30,158 nucleotides of DNA from Candidatus Methylomirabilia bacterium (GTDB taxonomy: Bacteria > Methylomirabilota > Methylomirabilia > Rokubacteriales > CSP1-6), in contig JBGQHJ010000048.1 in assembly GCA_041497895.1 (NCBI GenBank), forward strand, positions 1-30,158, in the 5' to 3' direction. Shown one piece after another: positions 16,165-24,509 of this stretch; position 1 is the stretch's first letter, and the number at the start of each line of letters is the position of its first letter. A program made the position numbers and the translations under genes. The notes beneath the pieces are model-generated. The model searched no databases and had not been told where the DNA came from. It was given only the letters and a program-made list of their open reading frames with translations.

Positions 16165-17223
16165 CTAGGCGCGGGCCCGGACGCTGTAGAGCCGGAGGGC
16201 CTCGGCCTTGCCGCGCAGCTCCCGGTCGCCCATGTCCTCGATCTCGAGCTCCTCGGGCAGCCGGCACCGGCCCAGCAGGGCCCCCGACACCAGCACGCGC
16301 CGCTCCAGCGGGCGGCACTGCGCCTCGACCCGGGCCGCGGTGTTGACGGTGTCGCCGCTGTGGACGATGTCCTTCTTGATGTCGCCGATCTCGGCGGTCA
16401 CGACGGTTCCGCCGTGGATGCCGGCCTTGAACTCGGGGACGATCCCGTACCGCGCGAGGTATCGATCCTTCTGCTCGTGGATGCGCTCGCTCACGAGAAA
16501 GACGCAGCGGAGACAGTTGCCCTGGTGGAGCCCGCGCTCGATCGTCCAGGTGACCACCGCCTCGTCCCCGACGTACTGGTAGATCTGGCCGCGGGTTTCC
16601 AGGATCGGCTCGGCGATGTCGTGGAAGAAGTCGTTCTTGAAGTCGTTGAAGCGGAGAGGGCCCAGCGCCGCCGCGATCGCGGTGGAGTCGTTCAGGTCGA
16701 GGAACATGAAAATACGCTCCTCCTCGACCGGCCGGTGGTACCGACCCAGGAGGAGGTTCGCCAGGGTTCCCGGGCCGAGCATCCGGTTGAGCTGCCGGAC
16801 GAAGTTGATGAGGAAGCTCGCCAGGGTGAGGACGGCCAGCGCGGCCAGGAATCGGCCGCCCAGCACGAAGTCCCGGTACTGCTCGGACGTGTAGTACCCG
16901 AGCAGGCCCCCGTGCTCGGCGAGCCCCAGCATGCTCATCGTCACCACGTGGATGACGACCGCGCAGAGGGTGACGTAGAAGAAGGTCCGCACCAGGAGAA
17001 GACCGCCCACGGTCAGGGATCGTACGTGGCGCGGGATGAGTCGCAGCTCGAACCACGCGCTGCCGAGCCCGATGACGAGTCCGGTCGCGGTCGCGGTGAG
17101 CTCGCGCGCGAGGTGCGTGGGCACCCGCCGGACGATCCAGTGCGCGAGCAGGGCCGCCGCGATCCAACCGCACGTGATCCCCAGCGCGGTCCTGGCCGTG
17201 TGAACCGCTCGGCGGGAGGCCAG
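16165..17223 (-). CDS. Membrane-bound class III adenylate/guanylate cyclase domain protein
   Basis: N-terminal TM helices; RIFMFLDLNDST, YQYVGDE, KAGIHGG, GDTVNTAARVE, LRGK. Start uncertain: CTG 17223 preferred over GTG 17124. Confidence 0.85.
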   Translation of the reverse strand: MASRRAVHTARTALGITCGWIAAALLAHWIVRRVPTHLARELTATATGLVIGLGSAWFELRLIPRHVRSLTVGGLLLVRTFFYVTLCAVVIHVVTMSMLGLAEHGGLLGYYTSEQYRDFVLGGRFLAALAVLTLASFLINFVRQLNRMLGPGTLANLLLGRYHRPVEEERIFMFLDLNDSTAIAAALGPLRFNDFKNDFFHDIAEPILETRGQIYQYVGDEAVVTWTIERGLHQGNCLRCVFLVSERIHEQKDRYLARYGIVPEFKAGIHGGTVVTAEIGDIKKDIVHSGDTVNTAARVEAQCRPLERRVLVSGALLGRCRLPEELEIEDMGDRELRGKAEALRLYSVRARA

Positions 17224-17226
17224 GGC

Positions 17227-17604
17227 TCAGACCTCGATCTCGATCCAGGCGCGGCGTCGGATCCGGCCGGAGAGGCGGGAGAACACGTCGCCCAGCCACG
17301 CCTGCCAGCCGTACTTGGCCCGCAGCGCGGTGTGCGCCCGCTCGATCACGCGGGGCTCGGTGACGAGGCGGGCGCCGACGTCCCACCAGTCCCCGCGGAC
17401 GCCCCCGCGCATATCGGAGGGAGCGACCCGCGCGCGGGACGAGCGACGCAGGCGCTTGACCTTTCCGGATTCGCCGGCCGTGAAGACATAGATCTTCCCA
17501 TCCATCGCCGCGAACCAGACCGGAGTCCTGACCTCGGCTCCGCTGCGGCGGAACGTCGCGAGAGCCATGTACCGATGACGGTCGAAGGCGGCGAGGTCTC
17601 TCAA
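17227..17604 (-). CDS. PPOX class (pyridoxamine oxidase-like split barrel) F420-dependent oxidoreductase
   Basis: RYMALATFRRSG, TPVWFA, SGKVKRLR, ALRAKYG; TTG start overlaps the upstream stop (TTGA). Confidence 0.88.
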   Translation of the reverse strand: MRDLAAFDRHRYMALATFRRSGAEVRTPVWFAAMDGKIYVFTAGESGKVKRLRRSSRARVAPSDMRGGVRGDWWDVGARLVTEPRVIERAHTALRAKYGWQAWLGDVFSRLSGRIRRRAWIEIEV

Positions 17605-18722
17605 CGCTGGTCCCGGGGGAGCCCGATCGATGCGGCGATCGCTTCGAGGTGCAGGGTGGCGTCGCCCGCGTCGAGAGCGGCCGTGAGGATGCGCTTGTGG
17701 AAGAGGTGGAGGGGATGCTCCTCGCAGTACCCGATGGCGCCCATGATCTGGTGGCCGCGGCGGGCCACGCGCAGGGAGGCCTCGGCACCGTAGACCTTGG
17801 CCGCCGCCACCGCGGCATGGGCATCGGGCCGGCCCGACGCGAGCTTCCACTCCGCTTCCCAGGTGAGCCAGCGCGCGCTCTCCACGTCCCGGTAGAGATC
17901 CGCGCAGGCGTGCTGGATGGCCTGGTAGCCGCCGATGGGCCGTCCGCCCTGCACGCGCACCCGGGCGTGCTCCACGCACAGCTCGAGCACGCGCTGCGCG
18001 GCGCCCGCCATCTCCGCGCAGCGGGCGAGGGCACCCACGCGGAAGGCGGGCCCCAGGAGCGCCCAGCCGCCTCCGGGCGGGCCGAGCAGATCGTCCGGCC
18101 GGGTCGCGACGTCGGCGAGCTCGAGCTCGAAGAGCTTGTCGCCGGCCATGCTGTCGAGCGGGTGCGCGCCGATCCCGGCGCGGTCCATCGGTAGCAGTAC
18201 CGCGGTCGGGCCGGCGGCCCCGCGTCCCAGCACGATCACGTCGGTCGCCACGTGGGCGTCGGGGACGAAGAGCTTGCGGCCGGTGAGACGGCCGGACGGC
18301 GCGATGGGCAGGGTCAGGGCGTCCGGGTCGAGTCGTCCCGATTCCTCGAGGACGGCGAGCGTGCAGATGCGCTCCCCCACGGCCAGGGCGGCGAGCAGAT
18401 CGCGGGCCCGCCGGCCCGCGGCCAGGCCGAGCGCGGTGGTGGCGACGACGGCGCTCGCGATGAAGGGGCCCGGGAAGCAGGCGCGGCCCAGCTCCTCGAC
18501 CAGCGCGAGCGCCTCGCCGACCGTGCCGCCGCTGCCGCCCAGCTCGGGCGAGATCAGGAGGCCCGGCCAGCCCAGCGTCGCGATTTCCTTCCACAGATCG
18601 GCGGCGAAGCCGCGCGGGTCGAGGGCCAGCTCCTGCACCCGCTTGACCGAGCAGCGCTGCTGCAGGAACGTGCGCGCCGACTGCTGGAGGAGCTGCTGGG
18701 CCGGCGAGAAGGAGAGGTCCAT
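17601..18722 (-). CDS. Acyl-CoA dehydrogenase family protein, probable non-catalytic partner subunit
   Basis: MDLSFSPAQQLL, LGWPGL, EELGRA, RVQGGRPIGGYQAIQH, HQIMGAIGYCEEH. Confidence 0.9.
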   Translation of the reverse strand: MDLSFSPAQQLLQQSARTFLQQRCSVKRVQELALDPRGFAADLWKEIATLGWPGLLISPELGGSGGTVGEALALVEELGRACFPGPFIASAVVATTALGLAAGRRARDLLAALAVGERICTLAVLEESGRLDPDALTLPIAPSGRLTGRKLFVPDAHVATDVIVLGRGAAGPTAVLLPMDRAGIGAHPLDSMAGDKLFELELADVATRPDDLLGPPGGGWALLGPAFRVGALARCAEMAGAAQRVLELCVEHARVRVQGGRPIGGYQAIQHACADLYRDVESARWLTWEAEWKLASGRPDAHAAVAAAKVYGAEASLRVARRGHQIMGAIGYCEEHPLHLFHKRILTAALDAGDATLHLEAIAASIGLPRDQR

Positions 18723-18806
18723 TACGATCCGGGGGGGAGCGACCGCCGCTCCTCCCCCGGGCCCCCCCACCGGTTCGGTGGCAGCGCTAGGCGGTCGCGC
18801 ATCGGG

Positions 18807-19985
18807 CTATCCGCGGGCCCGCGGCTCGGCCGGCAGGCCGAGGGCGCGGACCGCGATCGTGGTGCGCTGGATCTCGGACGTGCCTCCGGCCAGGGTGTGG
18901 CCCCAGCTCGTCTGGTACTGGTGCTCGATCTCGCCGCGTAGCCGGGCCCAGCGGGAGCCCGCCCGGAGCACGCCGAAGGGCCCGAGCAGCTCCATGCCGA
19001 GCGACAGCACGCGTTGCCCCAGCTCGTCGGCCATGATCTTGGCCGCGGAGACCGTCCCGGTGGCCGATTCACCGCGCTCGATGAGCCAGGCCGCGCGGTG
19101 GAAGAGCGCGCGGAGGGCGGCGATCTCGGTGGCGGCGTGGGCCAGCCGGTGGCGGGCCACCGTGTCGTCGGGCCGCTCGGCGCGCACGTACTCGACCAGG
19201 AGGCCCAGGATGCGGCGGAGGAACGGCGCCTTGTAGAAGCGGCCCCAGAACCGGTCGGTGTCGAGCCCGCGCAGGAGCTGGCCGAAGCCCTCGCCCGGCT
19301 TGCCCATGACCCAGTCGCGCGGCACGCGCACGCCGTCCATGAAGACTTCGTAGTGATAGACCTGGCCGGTGAGGCTCCGGATCGGTCGCACGTCCATGCC
19401 GGGCAGCCGGTTGTCGACCATCAGCATGCTGAGGCCGCGGTTGCGGGTGGACGCGGGATCGGTGCGCGCGAGCACGGTGCCGTAGGTCGCGATGCCGGCG
19501 TGGCTCGACCAGATCTTGCGTCCGTCGAGCACCCAGTGGTCGTCCTCGAGCCGCGCCCGCGTCTCGAGCGCGAGGAGATCGGAGCCGGCGCCCGGCTCGC
19601 TGTAGCCTTGCCAGAACGTGGCGAGGCCGGCGGCGACCTGCGGCAGGATCTCCCGCTGGAGCGTCTCCGATCCGTTGCGAATGATCGACTCGGACACCTG
19701 GAGGCAGCCCCCGAGCGGGCCGAACGGAGCGCCGGCGGTCGCCAGCTCCTCCAGCAGAACGAGCAGGAAGCCCATGGGTCGCTCCTGGCCGCCATGCTCC
19801 CGCGGCCAGGTCAGGCTGAGCCAGCCCCGCTTGCCGAGCGCGCGGGTGAACGCGCTGGAGTGCGCGCCGGAGCCGTAGCCCGCGTCGGTGCCGTCGGGCG
19901 AGAAGGTCTCCGGGGGATGCGCCCGCAGAAAGGCGCGTACCTCGTCCGCGAAGGCCTGCTCGGCGGCGGAGAGCCCGAAGTCCAT
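18807..19985 (-). CDS. Acyl-CoA dehydrogenase family protein (FadE26/FadE29-like subunit)
   Basis: GWLSLTWPREHGG, WQGYSEPGAGSDL, GRKIWSS, EVFMDGVRVP, TLAGGTSEIQR. Confidence 0.92.
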   Translation of the reverse strand: MDFGLSAAEQAFADEVRAFLRAHPPETFSPDGTDAGYGSGAHSSAFTRALGKRGWLSLTWPREHGGQERPMGFLLVLLEELATAGAPFGPLGGCLQVSESIIRNGSETLQREILPQVAAGLATFWQGYSEPGAGSDLLALETRARLEDDHWVLDGRKIWSSHAGIATYGTVLARTDPASTRNRGLSMLMVDNRLPGMDVRPIRSLTGQVYHYEVFMDGVRVPRDWVMGKPGEGFGQLLRGLDTDRFWGRFYKAPFLRRILGLLVEYVRAERPDDTVARHRLAHAATEIAALRALFHRAAWLIERGESATGTVSAAKIMADELGQRVLSLGMELLGPFGVLRAGSRWARLRGEIEHQYQTSWGHTLAGGTSEIQRTTIAVRALGLPAEPRARG

Positions 19986-19998
19986 GCGACTGGGCCGT

Positions 19999-20835
19999 CT
20001 ACGCAGTGGCGGCGAGCGTCGCCTTGAGCGAGAACATCAGCGGCAAGCTGCCGGGCCCCTGGGGCAGCCGCGGGTCCGCGGGCAGCCGGCACCACCCGTC
20101 GGCGCCCTGCTCCATCCACGGGAAGAACTTCCAGCCGAGGACCGGATACTCCTCGAACGACTCGATGCGCAGGCCGGCGCGCAGGAGCGCCCCGATGATG
20201 CTCGACAGCGGGTGCAGCCAGACGTGCTCGACGCTCCGGATCGGCGCGTCGGGCGTGCTGTAGCAGCCGGCGTACTCCTCGCGGATCGGCTCGGGCCCGT
20301 GGAAGTAGGGATGGAGCAGCCGGAGATCCGGCTCGGTCAGCCGGTCGTTGAAGCACAGCAGGATCGGGTGGACCTCGACGATGTAGAAGACACCACCCGG
20401 GGCCAGGTAGCGCGCGATCACCTGGGCCCACCGCTCGAGATCCGGGAGCCAGCCGAGGACGCCGTGCGAGGTGAACACCACGTCGAAGCGGCCCGCGAGC
20501 GCCGAGGGCAGCTCGTAGAGGTCGCTGTGGACGAAGGTGACCGGCACGCCCATCCGGGCCGCGAGGGCCCGCGCCGCGGCGATCGCCTCCGCCGAGAAGT
20601 CCACCCCGGTCACCGTCGCGCCGTGCCGGGCCCAGCGGATGGTGTCCATCCCGAAGTGGCACTGCAGGTGGAGCAGGGTCTTGCCGCGCACGTCGCCCGG
20701 CCCCGCCCGCGCGATCGGATCGAGGTCCCGCCCGCGCCCCGCCGCGAAGGCCTCGACGTTGTACATCTCGGATCGCAGGTTGATGCGCGCCCAGGCGTCC
20801 CAGAGCTCGCGATTGGCCTCGCGGTACCGGTCCAT
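19999..20835 (-). CDS. Class I SAM-dependent methyltransferase
   Basis: ANRELWD, LLHLQCHFGMDT, VTGVDFS, FDVVFTSHGVLGWLPDL, LPLMFSLKA; ATG overlaps the upstream TGA. Confidence 0.9.
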   Translation of the reverse strand: MDRYREANRELWDAWARINLRSEMYNVEAFAAGRGRDLDPIARAGPGDVRGKTLLHLQCHFGMDTIRWARHGATVTGVDFSAEAIAAARALAARMGVPVTFVHSDLYELPSALAGRFDVVFTSHGVLGWLPDLERWAQVIARYLAPGGVFYIVEVHPILLCFNDRLTEPDLRLLHPYFHGPEPIREEYAGCYSTPDAPIRSVEHVWLHPLSSIIGALLRAGLRIESFEEYPVLGWKFFPWMEQGADGWCRLPADPRLPQGPGSLPLMFSLKATLAATA

Positions 20836-21869
20836 CAGTCGAGCCGGTAGACCCGTCGCGCGGTGCCCGCGAACATCGCCTGCTTCTCGGAGGCGGAGGC
20901 GCCGGTGACGATGCGCTTGAACGCGTTCCAGAGGGGCGCCCAGCCGATGCCCATCTTGTCGACCGGGAAGTTGCTCTCGAAGAGACAGCGGCTCGGGCCG
21001 AAGAGCTCGATCCCGGTCTCGAAGTAGGGCCCCCAGAGGGCGGCCAGCTCGGTGGAGGTGGGCGGCTTGGGCTGGGTGCGGTAGTCGTAGGCGGCCAGGC
21101 GCATCATCATCCCGCCGAGCTTCAGGCTGACGTTGGGGCAGCGGGCGACCTCGGTCATCTGGGTCTTCCAGGCCGCGAAGACCTCCTTCTCCTTGCCGGT
21201 GTAGGGGCCGTAGCCGAGCACGCCGCCCACGTGTCCGAGGACGATGTTGGCGTCCGGGTGGGCGCGGGCCAGCTCCGCCACCTCGGCGAGCTGCGGGTGG
21301 AAGACCCACGCGTCGAGGGAGAGGCCGAGCCGGGTCAGGCGTGCGAGGCCGGCGCGGAACTCGGCGCGCCGGTAGAGGTGGGGGCCGCCCGCGGCCTCGC
21401 TGTTGCCGATGATGTCGCTCGCGTCCCACGCCGCCGAGTGGCGCACGCCGCGGAATCGCCCACCGCCGGCCTTCAGGTGGGCCTCCAGCACCGGCTCGAC
21501 GCGGTCGCCCAGGGTGAGGTCGGCGAAGCCCACGATGCCGGCGGCCACGCGGGTGGGGCCGTACGCCCCGCTGGCGCTCATCGCGGCCTGGCCGGTCACG
21601 AACTCGATCTCGCCCACCGGCCGCATCTCCGGCGGGCCGTCCGCGCGGTACATCGAGTGGCACTCGAGGAAGACGGAGGCGACGATGTTGTGGCCGGTCG
21701 CCACGTCGGCCAGGAAGTCGGGCAGGAAGTAGCGGTGCTCGCCGCGGTGCCACAGGTGATGGTGGGTGTCGATGATCGGCAGGTCGGGCTCGAGGATCGG
21801 CTCGGGCGGGTTCTGCGCGAGCCACGCCTCGTCGGGAGGGTGAATGCGGCCGAACTGGGTGGGCCTCAC
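20835..21869 (-). CDS. Amidohydrolase family protein (sugar lactonase-like)
   Basis: PIIDTHHHLW, RFRGVRH, IVLGHVGG, LFESNFPVD, GTARRVYRL; GTG 21869 overlaps the regulator stop. Confidence 0.9.
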   Translation of the reverse strand: MRPTQFGRIHPPDEAWLAQNPPEPILEPDLPIIDTHHHLWHRGEHRYFLPDFLADVATGHNIVASVFLECHSMYRADGPPEMRPVGEIEFVTGQAAMSASGAYGPTRVAAGIVGFADLTLGDRVEPVLEAHLKAGGGRFRGVRHSAAWDASDIIGNSEAAGGPHLYRRAEFRAGLARLTRLGLSLDAWVFHPQLAEVAELARAHPDANIVLGHVGGVLGYGPYTGKEKEVFAAWKTQMTEVARCPNVSLKLGGMMMRLAAYDYRTQPKPPTSTELAALWGPYFETGIELFGPSRCLFESNFPVDKMGIGWAPLWNAFKRIVTGASASEKQAMFAGTARRVYRLD

Positions 21870-22699
21870 GTGGCGAGCCCCCGCAGCAGCGCCTCGCTCG
21901 CCGCGTCGGCGGGGAAGAAGCACTCCACTCGCAGCTCGTGCAGCGTGATGTCGTAGGGCACGCCCAGGCTGGCGAGGGTGGAGAAGAACTTCACGTGGAA
22001 GTCGTCCTTGCGCATCTCGACGGCCAGGAACGGGACCGGGGTCACGTCGAGGTCGAGGCGGCGCCACTTCTGGGGCACGTCGGGGTAGGAGAGCAGCTCC
22101 TCGAGCAGGCGCCGCGTCTCGTCGTCACCGACGCCGCGGGCCAGGTCCCGGTGCAGCCACTGGATCAGGGCCGCCGCGGTGGCCTCCCAGTTCACGATGT
22201 AGGGCCGCATGCCGCGCGGGTGATAGAAGAGCCGCATCGCGTTCGGGCGCCCGCCCACCGCGGCCAGGTCCTCGGGGGAGACGAAGCGCGCCATGAGCCG
22301 CTGCGCGCCCTGGTTGCTCATCAGGAGGTTCCAGTGGCCGTCGACGACCAGGCCGGGGAACGGCTCCTGCTGGCGCAGGGTGAAGTCGAGCGCGCGCCGC
22401 ACCTCGCTCATCTGCGGCGCGTCGAGCGCGGTCTCCCGGTAGACCGGCGCGTAGCCCGCGGCGGCGAGCAGGTCGTTGCGGCCGCGCGGCGGCACGTCGA
22501 GGGCGCGGGCCAGGAGCAGCACCATCTCGCGGCTCGGCTGGGAGCGCCCGGTCTCGATGAAGCTCAGGTGGCGCGTGGAGATCTCGGCGTCGACCGCGAG
22601 GCTCAGCTGGCTCAGCCGCCGGCGCTCCCGCCACTGCTTGATGAGCTGGCCCACCGGGCTCGACCGGGGTTTCTTGGCCGTGGGGGCGCCGTGCCTCAT
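21866..22699 (-). CDS. XRE-family HTH regulator with MmyB-like ligand-binding domain
   Basis: WRERRRLSQLSLA...STRHLSFIETGRSQPSR, NDLLAAAGYAP, QEPFPGLVVD, ELRVECFFPAD. Confidence 0.92.
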   Translation of the reverse strand: MRHGAPTAKKPRSSPVGQLIKQWRERRRLSQLSLAVDAEISTRHLSFIETGRSQPSREMVLLLARALDVPPRGRNDLLAAAGYAPVYRETALDAPQMSEVRRALDFTLRQQEPFPGLVVDGHWNLLMSNQGAQRLMARFVSPEDLAAVGGRPNAMRLFYHPRGMRPYIVNWEATAAALIQWLHRDLARGVGDDETRRLLEELLSYPDVPQKWRRLDLDVTPVPFLAVEMRKDDFHVKFFSTLASLGVPYDITLHELRVECFFPADAASEALLRGLAT

Positions 22700-22735
22700 G
22701 CGGGGGAAGGTACACCCGGGGGCCGCCGCTTCGCC

Positions 22736-22752
22736 ATTACCTTCGAGGTAAT
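22736..22752. promoter_or_regulatory. Palindromic operator candidate ATTACCT-N3-AGGTAAT
   Basis: Perfect AT-rich 7-bp inverted repeat between the divergent XRE regulator and thioesterase genes. Confidence 0.7.
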
Positions 22753-22813
22753 TGAACTGCCTCGCCCGCTGGGCCAGGATAGCCGGGGCCCGAGGGCCCG
22801 GGGAGGAGCACCC

Positions 22814-23215
22814 ATGGCGATCGATCCCAGTCTCTTCAACGAGCGCATGCAGGGTACGCTCAGCACTCTGCTGGGCTTGCGCATCGTGGAGGCGAGCCCG
22901 GACCGGATGGTGGCGGAGCTGATCATCCGCGACGACCTGCGCACCGTGGGCGGCGCGCTGCACGGGGGCACCCTCATGGCGCTGGCCGATACGGTGGGGG
23001 CGGCGGCCACCATCGTGAACCTGCCGACGGGGGCCACCACGACCACGCTCGAGTCCAAGACCAACTTCTTCGCGGCCGGGCGGAGCGGCGTCGTGCGCGC
23101 GGAGGCCACCCCGCTCCACCGGGGCAAGCGGACGCAGGTGTGGCAGACGCGGGTTACCGACGAGTCCGGCCGGCTGCTCTCGCTGACCACCCAGACCCAG
23201 ATGGTGCTGATGTGA
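22814..23215 (+). CDS. PaaI family hotdog thioesterase
   Basis: GALHGGTLMALADT, TTLESKTNFF, ATPLHRGKRTQVWQ; GGAGGAG RBS. Confidence 0.93.
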   Translation: MAIDPSLFNERMQGTLSTLLGLRIVEASPDRMVAELIIRDDLRTVGGALHGGTLMALADTVGAAATIVNLPTGATTTTLESKTNFFAAGRSGVVRAEATPLHRGKRTQVWQTRVTDESGRLLSLTTQTQMVLM

Positions 23216-23217
23216 TC

Positions 23218-24216
23218 ATGAGCGTGGGCGGGCGTCCGCTTCGGATCGCCTTCGCCGGCGTGTTCGCGGGACAGGTCGCGGACCGGGTGCGGGCGAGGAT
23301 CGAGGTCCCCTACGACGTGGTGCGGGGCGGCGAGGGCGAGGTCCTCGACCAGCTCGGCGACGTGGACGTGCTGGTGAGCATGGCCTTCACCCGCGAGATG
23401 GCCCGGGCGGCCCCGCGCCTCCGGCTGGTGCAGGTGCCCGGCGCCGGCCTCGACCGGATCGACCGCGGCGCGCTCCGGCCCGAGACCGCGCTGGCCAATG
23501 CCTACGGCCACGACGTCGGCATCGCGGAGTACGTCGTCGGCGCCATGCTCGCGCTCGCCCGGGACTTCTGCCGGATCGACGCGAGCCTCCGTCGCGGCCG
23601 ATGGGAGAGCGTCTGGTCGGGCACGCCGGTGCCGCTCTGGTCCGAGCTGGCCGGCAAGACGCTCGGGATCGTGGGCTACGGGCGGATCGGCCAGGCCGTC
23701 GCCCGTCGGGCCCTCGCCTTCGACATGGAGGTGCTGGCCATCCGCCGCGACGCGAGCCGGCCCGATCCGCACGGCCTGGCGTCCCTGCGCGGGCCGGAGG
23801 CGCTCGACGATGTCCTGGGCCGCTCGGACTTCGTGGCCCTCACGCTCGCGCTGACGCCCGACACGCGCGGCCTGATCGACGCCCGCGCGCTGGCGCGCAT
23901 GAAGCCGGGCGCGATGCTCATCAACGTGGCACGCGCCGAGGTGGTGGACGAGGGCGCGCTCTACGACGCGCTCCACCGGGGTGCCCTCGCGGGCGCCGCG
24001 CTCGACGTGTGGTATCGCTACCCGCAGGGCCCCGAGCCGACGCTGCCCGCGCATCAGCCGTTCCACACGCTGCCGAACGTCTTGATGACGCCGCACGTGT
24101 CGGGCTGGACCGAGGGCATGATGGACGCGCGCGCGGCCGTCATCGCGCAGAACATCCACCGCGTCGCCCGGGGCGAGGCGCCGATCAACCTCGTCCGCCG
24201 CGACGCCGGTGCCTAA
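23218..24216 (+). CDS. D-isomer-specific 2-hydroxyacid dehydrogenase family protein
   Basis: GKTLGIVGYGRIG, MKPGAMLINVAR, AALDVW, NVLMTPHVSG. Confidence 0.92.
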   Translation: MSVGGRPLRIAFAGVFAGQVADRVRARIEVPYDVVRGGEGEVLDQLGDVDVLVSMAFTREMARAAPRLRLVQVPGAGLDRIDRGALRPETALANAYGHDVGIAEYVVGAMLALARDFCRIDASLRRGRWESVWSGTPVPLWSELAGKTLGIVGYGRIGQAVARRALAFDMEVLAIRRDASRPDPHGLASLRGPEALDDVLGRSDFVALTLALTPDTRGLIDARALARMKPGAMLINVARAEVVDEGALYDALHRGALAGAALDVWYRYPQGPEPTLPAHQPFHTLPNVLMTPHVSGWTEGMMDARAAVIAQNIHRVARGEAPINLVRRDAGA

Positions 24217-24297
24217 GCGCGGCAGCCCCGCTGTCACGGGCGGGTAAGGGCAGCCGGCCCGCGCCGGCTAAGTGCGCGCCAGGCTTGAGGGCCGCCT

Positions 24298-24312
24298 TGG
24301 CATCGCCCTTGC
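24298..24312 (+). promoter_or_regulatory. Sigma54 (-24/-12) promoter candidate
   Basis: TGGCAT-CGCCC-TTGC matches TGGCAC-N5-TTGC with correct GG-N10-GC spacing. Confidence 0.6.
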
Positions 24313-24326
24313 GATCCATCCAGGCC

Positions 24327-24509
24327 ATGGTCACGAGCCAGGTCTCGCAGCCGATCCGCGGAGCGTGCCGGTGCGGCCACATGCTGAGCATGCACTGCCA
24401 GGTCGACGGCTCAGGGCCTTGCGCCGAGCCCGGATGCTCGTGCGCGGGTGCTACCATGGTGGCCGGTGACGGCCACGATCGACCGGGCGAGGATCGAGCA
24501 GACTCATAG
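24327..24509 (+). CDS. Putative 60-aa Cys/His-rich small metal-binding protein
   Basis: MVTSQVSQPIRGACRCGHMLSMHCQVDGSGPCAEPGCSCAG...; CxCGHx4H...Cx4CxC pattern; directly follows a sigma54 motif; 3' end overlaps the next gene by 44 nt. Confidence 0.5.
   Translation: MVTSQVSQPIRGACRCGHMLSMHCQVDGSGPCAEPGCSCAGATMVAGDGHDRPGEDRADS

Noticed and set aside
23995..24024. LDVWYRYP instead of LDVFxxEP in the 2-hydroxyacid dehydrogenase
   Set aside because: I recall this as a recognised subfamily variant, so it is not evidence of novelty.
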